A DNA stretch of 64,000 nt from an uncultured virus (IMG/VR IMGVR_UViG_3300047320_000346). Taxonomy: Duplodnaviria > Heunggongvirae > Uroviricota > Caudoviricetes. Position numbers and translations under genes: made by a program. Numbering within the stretch: position 1 is the stretch's first letter; the number at the start of each line of letters is the position of its first letter. The notes beneath the pieces were generated by a model. The model saw only the letters and a program-made list of their open reading frames with translations. It had not been told where the DNA came from and did not search any database. This document shows, piece after piece, positions 9,229 through 17,761 of this stretch. The stretch lies in the IMG/VR virus record IMGVR_UViG_3300047320_000346, one strand, 5' to 3'.

Positions 9229-10299
9229 ATGACGGAAATCGAGCAAGCCACCCTCACCGCTGTCGACATCCTGGCCATTCCCGAAGATGCGCCAGAACGC
9301 CTGTTTTCGAGCGGGTCATCGGCTGAGCGGGAAGCACGCAGGCTGACGCAGAAATGGCACCCCGACCGCTGTCGTGACGCCCGCGCCACCGACGTGTTTG
9401 ACCGTCTCCGCAAGCTGGAGGCTGCGGCTGAGCGCAAGGTTGCGGATGGAACGTGGGAGACGCCGGGGCTGCTGACCATCCGGAGCGCGGACGGCGCGCA
9501 GTTCGAGTTGCGCTTCTCGCGCAAGGTCGCGCTCGAGGTCGGCACGATGTTCGTCGGCCGCAATGTGGTGGCGTTTGACATCCCGTCCGACAACGTGGAC
9601 CTGCTAGAGGACGCTGAGCGTCAAGTCTCGCGGCTGTCCTACGCGAATGACGGCATGCGAAAGGAGTTTTCGCGCTACTTCCCGGAAGTGGTCAAGAAAG
9701 TGGAAACGGCGACGGGCGCCATGCTGGTACTCAAGAAGTCAGCGAAGGAACTGCTGCTCCAGGACGTGCTCGCGTTCTACAAGGGCAAGATGCCCGCGGC
9801 ACACGTCGCCTGGGTCATCAGCCGGCTGCTGAACGTCGCCTGCTACCTCGAGCTGCAAGGCAGGGTTGCGCACAACGCCATCGGCCCGGACACGGTCTTC
9901 ATTTCGCCGGATGAGCACACCGCTCACCTCTTCGGAGGCTGGTGGTTTGCCACGCCGCTGGGCGCTCCGATGAAGGCGGCCTCGCAACGCATGATGCTGT
10001 GCGCGCCGCCCGCCGTGCTCCAGAAGAGGGTCGGCGACACCCGCACGGACATGGAAATGATTCAGGCGCTTGGGCGCGAGATGCTCGGCGACCCGACGGG
10101 CGTTCGGCTGGCCAGGGACGCGTCGGTACCCGCCGCCCTGGTCGACTGGCTCCAGCTGAGCACGCACCAGAGCGCGGTGGCGACCTACAAGGACTGGCAA
10201 TCGCGCGTCCTTATCGAGGCATTTGGGCCACGCAAGTTTGTCCAGATGAACCTGACGCACGACCAACTGTACGACCCGAACCAAGGAATTCCGCTGTGA
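9229..10299 (+). CDS. J-domain-like + protein-kinase-fold (probably pseudokinase) protein
   Basis: KWHPDR (HPD motif); YLELQGRVAHNAIGPDTVFI resembles a degenerate HRD loop. Confidence 0.7.
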   Translation: MTEIEQATLTAVDILAIPEDAPERLFSSGSSAEREARRLTQKWHPDRCRDARATDVFDRLRKLEAAAERKVADGTWETPGLLTIRSADGAQFELRFSRKVALEVGTMFVGRNVVAFDIPSDNVDLLEDAERQVSRLSYANDGMRKEFSRYFPEVVKKVETATGAMLVLKKSAKELLLQDVLAFYKGKMPAAHVAWVISRLLNVACYLELQGRVAHNAIGPDTVFISPDEHTAHLFGGWWFATPLGAPMKAASQRMMLCAPPAVLQKRVGDTRTDMEMIQALGREMLGDPTGVRLARDASVPAALVDWLQLSTHQSAVATYKDWQSRVLIEAFGPRKFVQMNLTHDQLYDPNQGIPL

Positions 10300-10589
10300 A
10301 TACGCTCAAGGACAATGAAATCGCGGCACTCGTGAACGCATTGCGGGATACCGCGGTGCAGTATGCGGGGACCCAACAGCTACGCGACCGAATCTCCCGA
10401 CTCGTCAATGACGCGCTGGGAGCCCCGGTTGAGCCGCAAACGAAGTTTGAAGCCTTCATGAAGGCGGAATACGGCAAGAGTTTCGCGCGCGCCAGCTATT
10501 CGGCTGAGGCAATGCGCACCTGCTGGACGGTGGCGACGGCTGCCGCTGGCACCACAACAGCCCAATCAACCATTATCGCAACGGAGTAA
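10296..10589 (+). CDS. hypothetical protein
   Basis: GTG start overlaps the upstream TGA; ends just before the vWA gene. Confidence 0.6.
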   Translation: MNTLKDNEIAALVNALRDTAVQYAGTQQLRDRISRLVNDALGAPVEPQTKFEAFMKAEYGKSFARASYSAEAMRTCWTVATAAAGTTTAQSTIIATE

Positions 10590-10592
10590 ATC

Positions 10593-11498
10593 ATGGGTTC
10601 AAGCAACTGGAGTTCCCCCGACTGGGATTCGTTCTCGTCGAGCACGAGCACAAAGTCGACCGCGCAGGTTTTCAGCCAGAACCACATGCACCCGGACCTC
10701 AATCCGCACGGTGTCGCCATGCGTGAATCGCGCGACTCCGCGGCCAATCCGAATTCGACGGCCATCGTCGTGGGCGCGGACGTAACAGGCTCGATGGGCT
10801 ACCTGTCGGAAGCGCTGGTTCGCAACGGCATGGGCGTGCTCGTCGAAGAACTGCTCGCTCGCAAGCCCGTTACGGACCCACACATTATGTGCATGGGCGT
10901 GGGCGATGCGAACGGAGACGAAGCTCCGCTGCAGGTGACGCAGTTCGAAGCTGACATTCGCATTGCCACGCAGCTCTCGCAAATTTGGCTGGAAGGCAAT
11001 GGCGGCGGCAATGGCGGCGAAAGCTACCACTTGCCCTGGTACTTCGCCGCGCGACACACGTCCATCGACTGCTTCGAGAAGCGCAAGAAGAAAGGCTACA
11101 TTTTCACTGTTGGCGACGAAAACCCGCACAAAGTGCTCACGCGCTCGCAAGTCAAACGTATCTTTGGTGACGACATCGAACGGGACCTGACCTCGGAAGA
11201 ACTGCTGACGATGGCCAGCCGCAGCTATCACGTCTTCCATCTGCTCGTTGAAGAAAGCAACTCGTGCAGCGCCTCGGTAAAGGCGAACTGGAAGGCGCTG
11301 CTCGGTGAGCGCGCGCTGCCCCTATCGGACCACACGAAGCTCGCTGAGCTCATCGTGTCGACTATCCAGGTCATTGAAGGCACAAGCGTCGACGCAGCTG
11401 TGAAATCGTGGTCGGGCAACACCTCAGTGGTCGTCGCGCGCGGGCTGAACGCTTTGCAGCCTCGCCGTACCGCCGGGACAGCATTGACGCGATTCTAA
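10593..11498 (+). CDS. vWA (MIDAS) domain protein
   Basis: DVTGSM, GNGGGNGGESY, IFTVGDE; GGAG RBS. Confidence 0.85.
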   Translation: MGSSNWSSPDWDSFSSSTSTKSTAQVFSQNHMHPDLNPHGVAMRESRDSAANPNSTAIVVGADVTGSMGYLSEALVRNGMGVLVEELLARKPVTDPHIMCMGVGDANGDEAPLQVTQFEADIRIATQLSQIWLEGNGGGNGGESYHLPWYFAARHTSIDCFEKRKKKGYIFTVGDENPHKVLTRSQVKRIFGDDIERDLTSEELLTMASRSYHVFHLLVEESNSCSASVKANWKALLGERALPLSDHTKLAELIVSTIQVIEGTSVDAAVKSWSGNTSVVVARGLNALQPRRTAGTALTRF

Positions 11499-11516
11499 GC
11501 TATATTAACAGGTCAA

Positions 11517-11545
11517 TTGACGCCAACGCTTTATTGCTATATACT
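11517..11545 (+). promoter_or_regulatory. sigma70-like promoter
   Basis: TTGACG, 17-nt spacer, TATACT. Confidence 0.7.
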
Positions 11546-11551
11546 GTGGTC

Positions 11552-11735
11552 TCAAGTCGGTTGTTGAGCGAAGGCTTCAGCAGCTGACAGGTTTTGCAGG
11601 CTATTGCGCAGCTTCCTTCTATTCAAATCACATGGGAACTAGCGGCGCTGCTCTCCTGCTCTAGAAGTGGTGATACGGGATGCCAGACGGCATCCCGTAT
11701 TGCTTTCCTGCGGGTAGCCTGCTTGCGCAATATAC
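11552..11735 (+). ncRNA. candidate structured RNA or leader upstream of the TROVE-like/TerD gene
   Basis: Closing stem 11596-11603/11715-11722, inner stems, loop pairing CTTCTA/TAGAAG, long hairpin 11670-11703. Confidence 0.6.
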
Positions 11736-11752
11736 GCTATCCGAGGACATAC

Positions 11753-14026
11753 ATGCTTACGCTTGCTGACGCAGGATTTCGAGTTAACACCCGCGAATTC
11801 AACATTCTTGCGGCTCTCGTTCGGAACGGCAAGCTGGTACTCCCCGTCGTTGCCGCCGCCGCGCAACGCGAAATCGCACTCGGCAATCCAGGTCCCAGCA
11901 TGGACCGCGCGCTCCACAGCGAGCTGACTCTCGAATATCTCGGCTTCGTCTATGGCCACGACGCGATTCTGACGCTATCGTGGATGCCGGAAGTCGACCT
12001 GGTTCACGTTCACACCAATCTCGTACACATCCTGAGCCACGCGCTGGGCGCGCATCGTGTGTATTCCCCGATGTACCCGGATTTCCCGGAACAGGTTCTC
12101 GAAGCCTCCGACGCGGAACTGCTCGCCAATGCCTGGGCGCACTATCGTGGCGACTGGATGGGCGTGCGCGTGCTGCCGCGGTACACGGCGTCCAAGCGAC
12201 CGGCGCTCAAGATGCTCGAGCACATGAAGCCGACTACCCTGGCGCTGGCACCGCGCACGGCCGTCTATGACCAGTTGCTGCGCCTCATCAATGGCAATGC
12301 CTCGATGTCGGTGGCCAACAAGGAAGTGACGCTCGAACTGCTCTCGTATTTCAGCGAGGTCTATCCGGGCCGCCTGCTCGAAATGCTCAAGGAACAGGCA
12401 ACCATCCCGCAAAAGGAACACCGCGCACTGGTCGGCGGCTGGCTGCTAAAGCACACGCCGGCGACGTTCGAAGGCGCTGAGTTCGCGCGCTTCTTTCAGA
12501 CCCCGACCGACGTGCTGCGCCTGTCCGCTGCCGTAGGCGCGGCCAACCTCAAGGAAGCGGACCTCACGCTGTCCAAGCCGCCGCGCTTTGGCAAGGTCTC
12601 TCGTGGTCTGCGCCGCCTGTTGCTGGGCCTGCTCGACAGCCTCGACGCCGAGTCGGTGCGCTCGGAGATGTTCCACCGGCGCGAGCAATGGGTGCGTCTG
12701 GGCGAAGCGCTGCATCCCGGCGAATATCAATCGCGTTTCAAGCGTGCCTATGAGCACTTTAAGGCGCTGCGCAAGAACGACATGCCCGTGAGCTGGGCCG
12801 GCACGGTGGAAGCGCGTCTCGCCTCCCGCAACACCCTGGCTGCCATCGACCTGCTCGTGCAGCGCCCGGGTATGTTCGCCCGCAAGCTGCATGAGACCGT
12901 GCGCAAGGCGACGGGCGCGAACAAGGAAGCGGTGCTCAAGGCGTTCGCGACCGTGGCGGACAAGGTCTCGACGCCGGTTCTCGTGCAGCTGCGTCACCGC
13001 ATGGCAGTGGACCAGGAGGGCGTGCGCGCGTTCTCGCCGAAGGGTGGCGCTGCCCGCATGTGGGTGCCGCAGAACGGCTCGCCGCGTTTGACCGAGAGCG
13101 CCAACGAATTCGTCATGCAGACGGTGTCCGACGTGCTGGCGGCGCGCTTCGCAAAGCTGCCGGCAATGGGCAAGGTTTATATCGACCCGGCACTGGACGG
13201 ATTCAGCGTCCCGTTTGCGCAACGCACCGCGCAGAAGTCGCTACTGACGGTGGGCCGCGGCTCGCGCATCGACCTGGGCCAAGATTCCATCATGCGCGCG
13301 TTTCTTTGGTGGAACGAGCAAGGACTCGATAAGAGTGGCGAGCCCTACTCTATCGGCCGTACCGACCTGGACCTGTCCTGCTCGGTGCTCGATGAGAGCT
13401 TCAACTATCTGACGCACTGCAGCTTTACGCAGTTGCGTGCGGAAGGCATGACGCACAGCGGCGACATCACGTCGGCGCCGGAGGGCGCGTGCGAATTCAT
13501 CGACATCGACTTCCGGAAGCTGCCGATTGACGCCGCGTACATCGCGCTCGTGGCTTTCTCGTACACGAAGCAAAACTTCGGCGATATGCCGGAAGCGTAC
13601 CTGGGCTGGATGTCGCGCGCGGATGGCCAGAGCGGCGAACTCTACGACGCCCGCACTGTGCGCCAGAAGGTAGACCTGACGGCCGCTGGCGAGCGAATCC
13701 TGGTTGGCTACGTGGACATCGCGCGCCGCCAGTTCGTATGGGCGGACCTGGTGTTGCCGGCACGTTGCGGCGGTTTCAATGCTGTGGAGACGGCCACCAT
13801 CCTGACGACACAGATGGCACGCGGCATCGTCAATCCGGTTCGTCCGACGCTTGGCGCCCTGCTCGCCGACCACGTCAGCGCGCGCGGGGAGCAGGTGGCA
13901 ACCGCGCAGGAAGCGGACATCGTTTTCACGAGCAAGCTGCCGACTGCTATCACTCCGCTCAAGGCCGACCAGAAGGTGGTCACGGCCTACGACGCGGAAG
14001 TGCTCATTTCCGATTATCTGACGTAA
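11753..14026 (+). CDS. large ROT/TROVE-like helical repeat + C-terminal TerD domain protein
   Basis: PMYPDFP, TPTDVLR, LGEALHPGEY, QRPGMFAR; TerD motifs DLDLS and HSGDITSAP..EFIDID; GAGGA RBS before ATG 11753. Confidence 0.8.
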   Translation: MLTLADAGFRVNTREFNILAALVRNGKLVLPVVAAAAQREIALGNPGPSMDRALHSELTLEYLGFVYGHDAILTLSWMPEVDLVHVHTNLVHILSHALGAHRVYSPMYPDFPEQVLEASDAELLANAWAHYRGDWMGVRVLPRYTASKRPALKMLEHMKPTTLALAPRTAVYDQLLRLINGNASMSVANKEVTLELLSYFSEVYPGRLLEMLKEQATIPQKEHRALVGGWLLKHTPATFEGAEFARFFQTPTDVLRLSAAVGAANLKEADLTLSKPPRFGKVSRGLRRLLLGLLDSLDAESVRSEMFHRREQWVRLGEALHPGEYQSRFKRAYEHFKALRKNDMPVSWAGTVEARLASRNTLAAIDLLVQRPGMFARKLHETVRKATGANKEAVLKAFATVADKVSTPVLVQLRHRMAVDQEGVRAFSPKGGAARMWVPQNGSPRLTESANEFVMQTVSDVLAARFAKLPAMGKVYIDPALDGFSVPFAQRTAQKSLLTVGRGSRIDLGQDSIMRAFLWWNEQGLDKSGEPYSIGRTDLDLSCSVLDESFNYLTHCSFTQLRAEGMTHSGDITSAPEGACEFIDIDFRKLPIDAAYIALVAFSYTKQNFGDMPEAYLGWMSRADGQSGELYDARTVRQKVDLTAAGERILVGYVDIARRQFVWADLVLPARCGGFNAVETATILTTQMARGIVNPVRPTLGALLADHVSARGEQVATAQEADIVFTSKLPTAITPLKADQKVVTAYDAEVLISDYLT

Positions 14027-14042
14027 TCAAAGGGGTTTTTAC

Positions 14043-14513
14043 GTGACGAAATTCTATCTTGGCCCGTACCTGGTCATCCCTCCGACGCCCGTGAGAAGCT
14101 CCCGGCAGGAGCGAACGTGCTCGAACAATTGCTCAAGCCCTGCGATTGCCAAGCCAGCGAAATTCTGCGGGAACTGCGGCGGCGCGATTATCGAAAGCAC
14201 GGTACCTAGCGAGAAGGTAAAGCCGCTTTCCATCTATAGGCTCTCCGACCGCTGGCGAGACTACATGCATTGCCCGGAATACGGACAGAACCATCCAAAG
14301 GGCGAGATGTGGCTGCCTAACCACAGCGGACACGGCATCACGCTCGAGCCGGATACCGAAGATGGGTTCACTCCCGTGCTTTTCTCGACCATCGACGGCG
14401 CGGCAATGCTCGAAAAAGCCCAGCGGTTCTATGGAGAATTTGTGGACGCCTTGAAGAATGATTTTGACATCGAGCCGCGCTGGGAAGTCGGCCTCGTGGC
14501 CTACAACGACTAG
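14043..14513 (+). CDS. zinc-ribbon hypothetical protein
   Basis: CSNNC..KFCGNCG. Confidence 0.7.
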   Translation: MTKFYLGPYLVIPPTPVRSSRQERTCSNNCSSPAIAKPAKFCGNCGGAIIESTVPSEKVKPLSIYRLSDRWRDYMHCPEYGQNHPKGEMWLPNHSGHGITLEPDTEDGFTPVLFSTIDGAAMLEKAQRFYGEFVDALKNDFDIEPRWEVGLVAYND

Positions 14514-14560
14514 GCCGTCGCGAAGCGTACTTCGAACAGAACCATCCTGAGGAATAGACC

Positions 14561-15796
14561 ATGCGCACGGCAAAAGTGGTGATTGGCGCGAACTACGGGG
14601 ATGAAGGCAAGGGCCTCATGACCGATTACTTCGCCGCCCAGAGCGGCAACAGCCTCGTGGTGCGCTTCAACGGTGGCTGTCAGGCGAGCCATACAGTCAC
14701 CACGCCGGACGGCAAGCGCCATGCTTTCAGCCATTTCGGGGCCGGCACGTTCGCGGGCGCGAAGACGTACCTGTCGCGGCACTTTGCGGTCAATCCCGTT
14801 CTTTACCTCAAGGAGCGTGCGAAGCTGTTACCCCTGGTCGGCAATCTTCCGACGTTGTACGTCGACGAGCGCGCGCCCGTGACGACCTTCTTCGACATGC
14901 TGGTCAATCAGCTCGTGGAAGACTTCCGCGGCGCGAAGCGTCACGGAAGCTGCGGCATGGGCTTCGGCGAGACCATTGGACGGCAGGAGGCGAAGAAATT
15001 CGCCCTGACGGTCAACGACCTCCGAGACGTTGACGTGCTGCGCGCGAAGCTCGAGGCCATTCGCGAGATGCACCTGCCCTCCCGCATCAAGGAACTGGGC
15101 CTGCCTGACTTTGGCAAGCACCATGACCTATGCACAACCGACGTTCTGGTGGATGCATTCATCACGGCCTCGCAGGAGTTTATGGCGGACGTAGTGTTGG
15201 TGCCCGGCGCCGCTGCACCCATTTCGCTCGCCGACAATGTCGTCTTCGAAGGCGCGCAGGGGCTGCTGCTCGACCAGCAACAAGGTGCATTCCCGTATGT
15301 GACCCGTTCGAACACGGGTCTGCGTAACGTTCTCGACGTGGCCAGCGACGCCGGCATCGGGGCCTTGGATGTCATCTATGTGACCCGCGCGTATCTGACG
15401 CGGCACGGCGCAGGACCGCTCGCTAACGAGCTGCCAGGTCGAGCCTATGAAGGGGTGGTCGACCTCACAAATCAACCGAACGAGTACCAGGGGTCCCTGC
15501 GCTTCGCCGACCTGGACCTGGACCATCTTGCGGTTGCAATCGGGTCCGACCTGGCCGAAGCGTTTGGCACCCGCATCGACATCAGCGCACAGGTGGCCGT
15601 GACATGTCTGGACCAGGTTGGCGCGGTGGCGCGCGTGCGACTGGATGGCGAAACGCACGTGGTCTCGCCGGACGAACTGGTCACCATGGCCAACCACCGC
15701 GTGTTGCCGGTTGCGTTTTGCTCCTGGGGACCCACGCGCGACACGATTGTGCCCTGTCGCAAACCGTCGGTGATGCCTGTGGCCATCGCGGACTGA
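14561..15796 (+). CDS. adenylosuccinate synthetase-like protein (divergent PurA paralog)
   Basis: GDEGKG, RFNGG.QASHT, FEGAQG, FPYVTRS, YLTRHGAGP. Confidence 0.85.
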   Translation: MRTAKVVIGANYGDEGKGLMTDYFAAQSGNSLVVRFNGGCQASHTVTTPDGKRHAFSHFGAGTFAGAKTYLSRHFAVNPVLYLKERAKLLPLVGNLPTLYVDERAPVTTFFDMLVNQLVEDFRGAKRHGSCGMGFGETIGRQEAKKFALTVNDLRDVDVLRAKLEAIREMHLPSRIKELGLPDFGKHHDLCTTDVLVDAFITASQEFMADVVLVPGAAAPISLADNVVFEGAQGLLLDQQQGAFPYVTRSNTGLRNVLDVASDAGIGALDVIYVTRAYLTRHGAGPLANELPGRAYEGVVDLTNQPNEYQGSLRFADLDLDHLAVAIGSDLAEAFGTRIDISAQVAVTCLDQVGAVARVRLDGETHVVSPDELVTMANHRVLPVAFCSWGPTRDTIVPCRKPSVMPVAIAD

Positions 15797-15814
15797 AACT
15801 AAAAGGAAGTTCAA

Positions 15815-16195
15815 TTGAAAGTTCTGATAAACGCGTCGAGCTACGCGTTTCGCCTGCATCGCCCCGTGCTCGAGGCGCTTTGGGAATCAAACCCCGAGCT
15901 TTTCGATGAGGATGGGCTGCCTGCGTCTGAGTTCGACGGAATGGTCGTGCCCGGCCGCACGCTGCTCGACTCTTTTGACTGGGCGGTAGAGCGCGACGGC
16001 GTGCTCCACTTTCTGACGTTGTTTAGCCTAAAGATGCGCACACTGCCTAGCCTCATCGCGCGCGTCGAAGCCGGCGAAGACCTGGGTCAGGGATTGCAAG
16101 TGGTCACCACTCCAGATTGGCCGGACTGGTACATCTATGTGTACGAGGACGGCAAGGAAGCTGTCTGCCAGAGTCACGGCATCGTGACGGCGTGA
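15815..16195 (+). CDS. hypothetical protein
   Basis: AAGGAAG RBS; co-directional with the upstream cluster. Confidence 0.6.
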   Translation: MKVLINASSYAFRLHRPVLEALWESNPELFDEDGLPASEFDGMVVPGRTLLDSFDWAVERDGVLHFLTLFSLKMRTLPSLIARVEAGEDLGQGLQVVTTPDWPDWYIYVYEDGKEAVCQSHGIVTA

Positions 16196-16218
16196 TTACC
16201 TGCAGTGCTGTCGATTGG

Positions 16219-16698
16219 TCAGAACGGCTTCGCGAGTTGGTGCATTACCGCCTCGTTGACCATCTCACTGCCTCTCGCACACTCCAGTTGCCCGGGCGTG
16301 CTGGAAATAGAAATGTAGGAAGGCCCCAAATCAACAACCGCCGTTGGTTCTAAAGCCTGCACAGTGTATTTAACTCCCCCATTTGCGAATTCAATCGACC
16401 ACTCGGTATAGTGCGCACGCGGAAACGAATCGGTTTGCTCCTCGACAGAAATGCCTTCCGAGCTATCAATGTCTGCAGGATACTGTAGCTCGAGCGGATG
16501 CCCGAGCTTTCCAAACCTGTATTGGGGGCGCAGTTGTTTACCCACCGCACATACGCTAACCGTCTTCTGGCCAATGTTACAACTGAATAGCGTCGTTTCG
16601 GCTTCGGTGCAATGAGTTTTCGTTGTGTTCGAACCGGCGCCGTATGCGACGTGGCAATGGAGTGCAACAGCAATCAAATATAGGGATAGGGTTTTCAC
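16219..16698 (-). CDS. putative secreted protein
   Basis: Signal-peptide-like N-terminus; C..FSC..KTVSVC..YRFGK; lower GC than flanks. Confidence 0.6.
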   Translation of the reverse strand: MKTLSLYLIAVALHCHVAYGAGSNTTKTHCTEAETTLFSCNIGQKTVSVCAVGKQLRPQYRFGKLGHPLELQYPADIDSSEGISVEEQTDSFPRAHYTEWSIEFANGGVKYTVQALEPTAVVDLGPSYISISSTPGQLECARGSEMVNEAVMHQLAKPF

Positions 16699-16786
16699 AA
16701 AGCGGTTCCGATTGATATATTCGATACTGGGGTATAAGCCGCGGAAAAGAAAAAGCCCCGAACGCGTCGGGGCCAGGAGCACATCA

Positions 16787-17371
16787 TTAAGCCGCTTCAA
16801 CGGCTGTATCAATCTTCGAATTGAGCTCTGCTTCGAGCATGGCCACGAAATGCGGCCACAGTTCATTCCAGAAGCTCTGTGCCTGGCTGCTCGGTTTGTG
16901 AACGACAAACTCGGACGCCGGCCCGATAGACTCTTCGGTGCAGACGTCGTCCAACGCCACGTAGAACGCGGGCTCCGAACTTTCGGCCGTATCGCTTGCG
17001 AAGCTGACATCATCCCAGAGCTGGCGCGCGTCCTCGGCCGATAGGCCTTGTTCGCGACGGTTCTGCAGAATCACCTTCTTCACCATTTCCACCGATGCTT
17101 GGCCGTCGAATTGCCAAAAGTCATTGCCCAGGCACTTCGTCATGAAACTCTCGAATTCGACGTCGAGCAGGAACGCCTTGAACTGCACGCCGCAGCTATT
17201 CCACTGGTGGCAGAACGCTCCGAAGCTCGAACGCACGAGAATTTCGCCGCCATACAGCTGCTGTGACGGATGGCCCACAACATCGCGGGACCAATCACTC
17301 AGGCAGACCGTTGCATACTCGCCGTTGGCGCTGATACGGTACATCTCGCATGTTGATTTGGAACTCTTCAT
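16787..17371 (-). CDS. hypothetical protein (phage-like)
   Basis: GAGGAG RBS; 194 aa. Confidence 0.7.
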   Translation of the reverse strand: MKSSKSTCEMYRISANGEYATVCLSDWSRDVVGHPSQQLYGGEILVRSSFGAFCHQWNSCGVQFKAFLLDVEFESFMTKCLGNDFWQFDGQASVEMVKKVILQNRREQGLSAEDARQLWDDVSFASDTAESSEPAFYVALDDVCTEESIGPASEFVVHKPSSQAQSFWNELWPHFVAMLEAELNSKIDTAVEAA

Positions 17372-17382
17372 GGTTTGTCTCC

Positions 17383-17631
17383 TCAGGCCTCTATGTTGAG
17401 CAATGCGCCCGGACGGTACGGTTCATCGGCAGCCAGGGACTGCGGCCGCACGACCGACTCATGTTGCTGGGTGGGTTTGCGTTGCGCGCTCACCCGTTCC
17501 GACTTGATTCCACGCAGCTCAGGCGGGAGATACCCGGACAGGAAGTCCGAGAAGCTCTGCATGTTTGCTGAAGGTCCGACCGGCTCGATAGCCGGCGTAT
17601 TAAGCTTCTTGGTGATGCGGTTGACGTCCAT
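17383..17631 (-). CDS. hypothetical protein
   Basis: GGAGGAG RBS. Confidence 0.6.
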   Translation of the reverse strand: MDVNRITKKLNTPAIEPVGPSANMQSFSDFLSGYLPPELRGIKSERVSAQRKPTQQHESVVRPQSLAADEPYRPGALLNIEA

Positions 17632-17723
17632 TGCGCTCCTCCGGTGATTTGTGCCTGCTCCGTATAGGTCGAAGCAGGGTCATCACCCGCGGCGCGCAGG
17701 ATGTGAAATCGCGGTGAAAAATA

Positions 17724-17749
17724 AAAAGAGCCTTTTTCAAGGCTCTTTT
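17724..17749. terminator. bidirectional intrinsic terminator
   Basis: AAAAGAGCCTT/AAGGCTCTTTT inverted repeat. Confidence 0.75.
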
Positions 17750-17761
17750 GAGGGAACAGCT

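Noticed and set aside
11594..11752. N-terminal extension of the 810-aa ORF
   Set aside because: The TTG start has no RBS; a GAGGA RBS precedes ATG 11753, and the region looks like structured RNA
14561..15796. PurZ / Z-genome pathway
   Set aside because: It retains Asp in GDEGKG, and I recognised no adjacent datZ or mazZ
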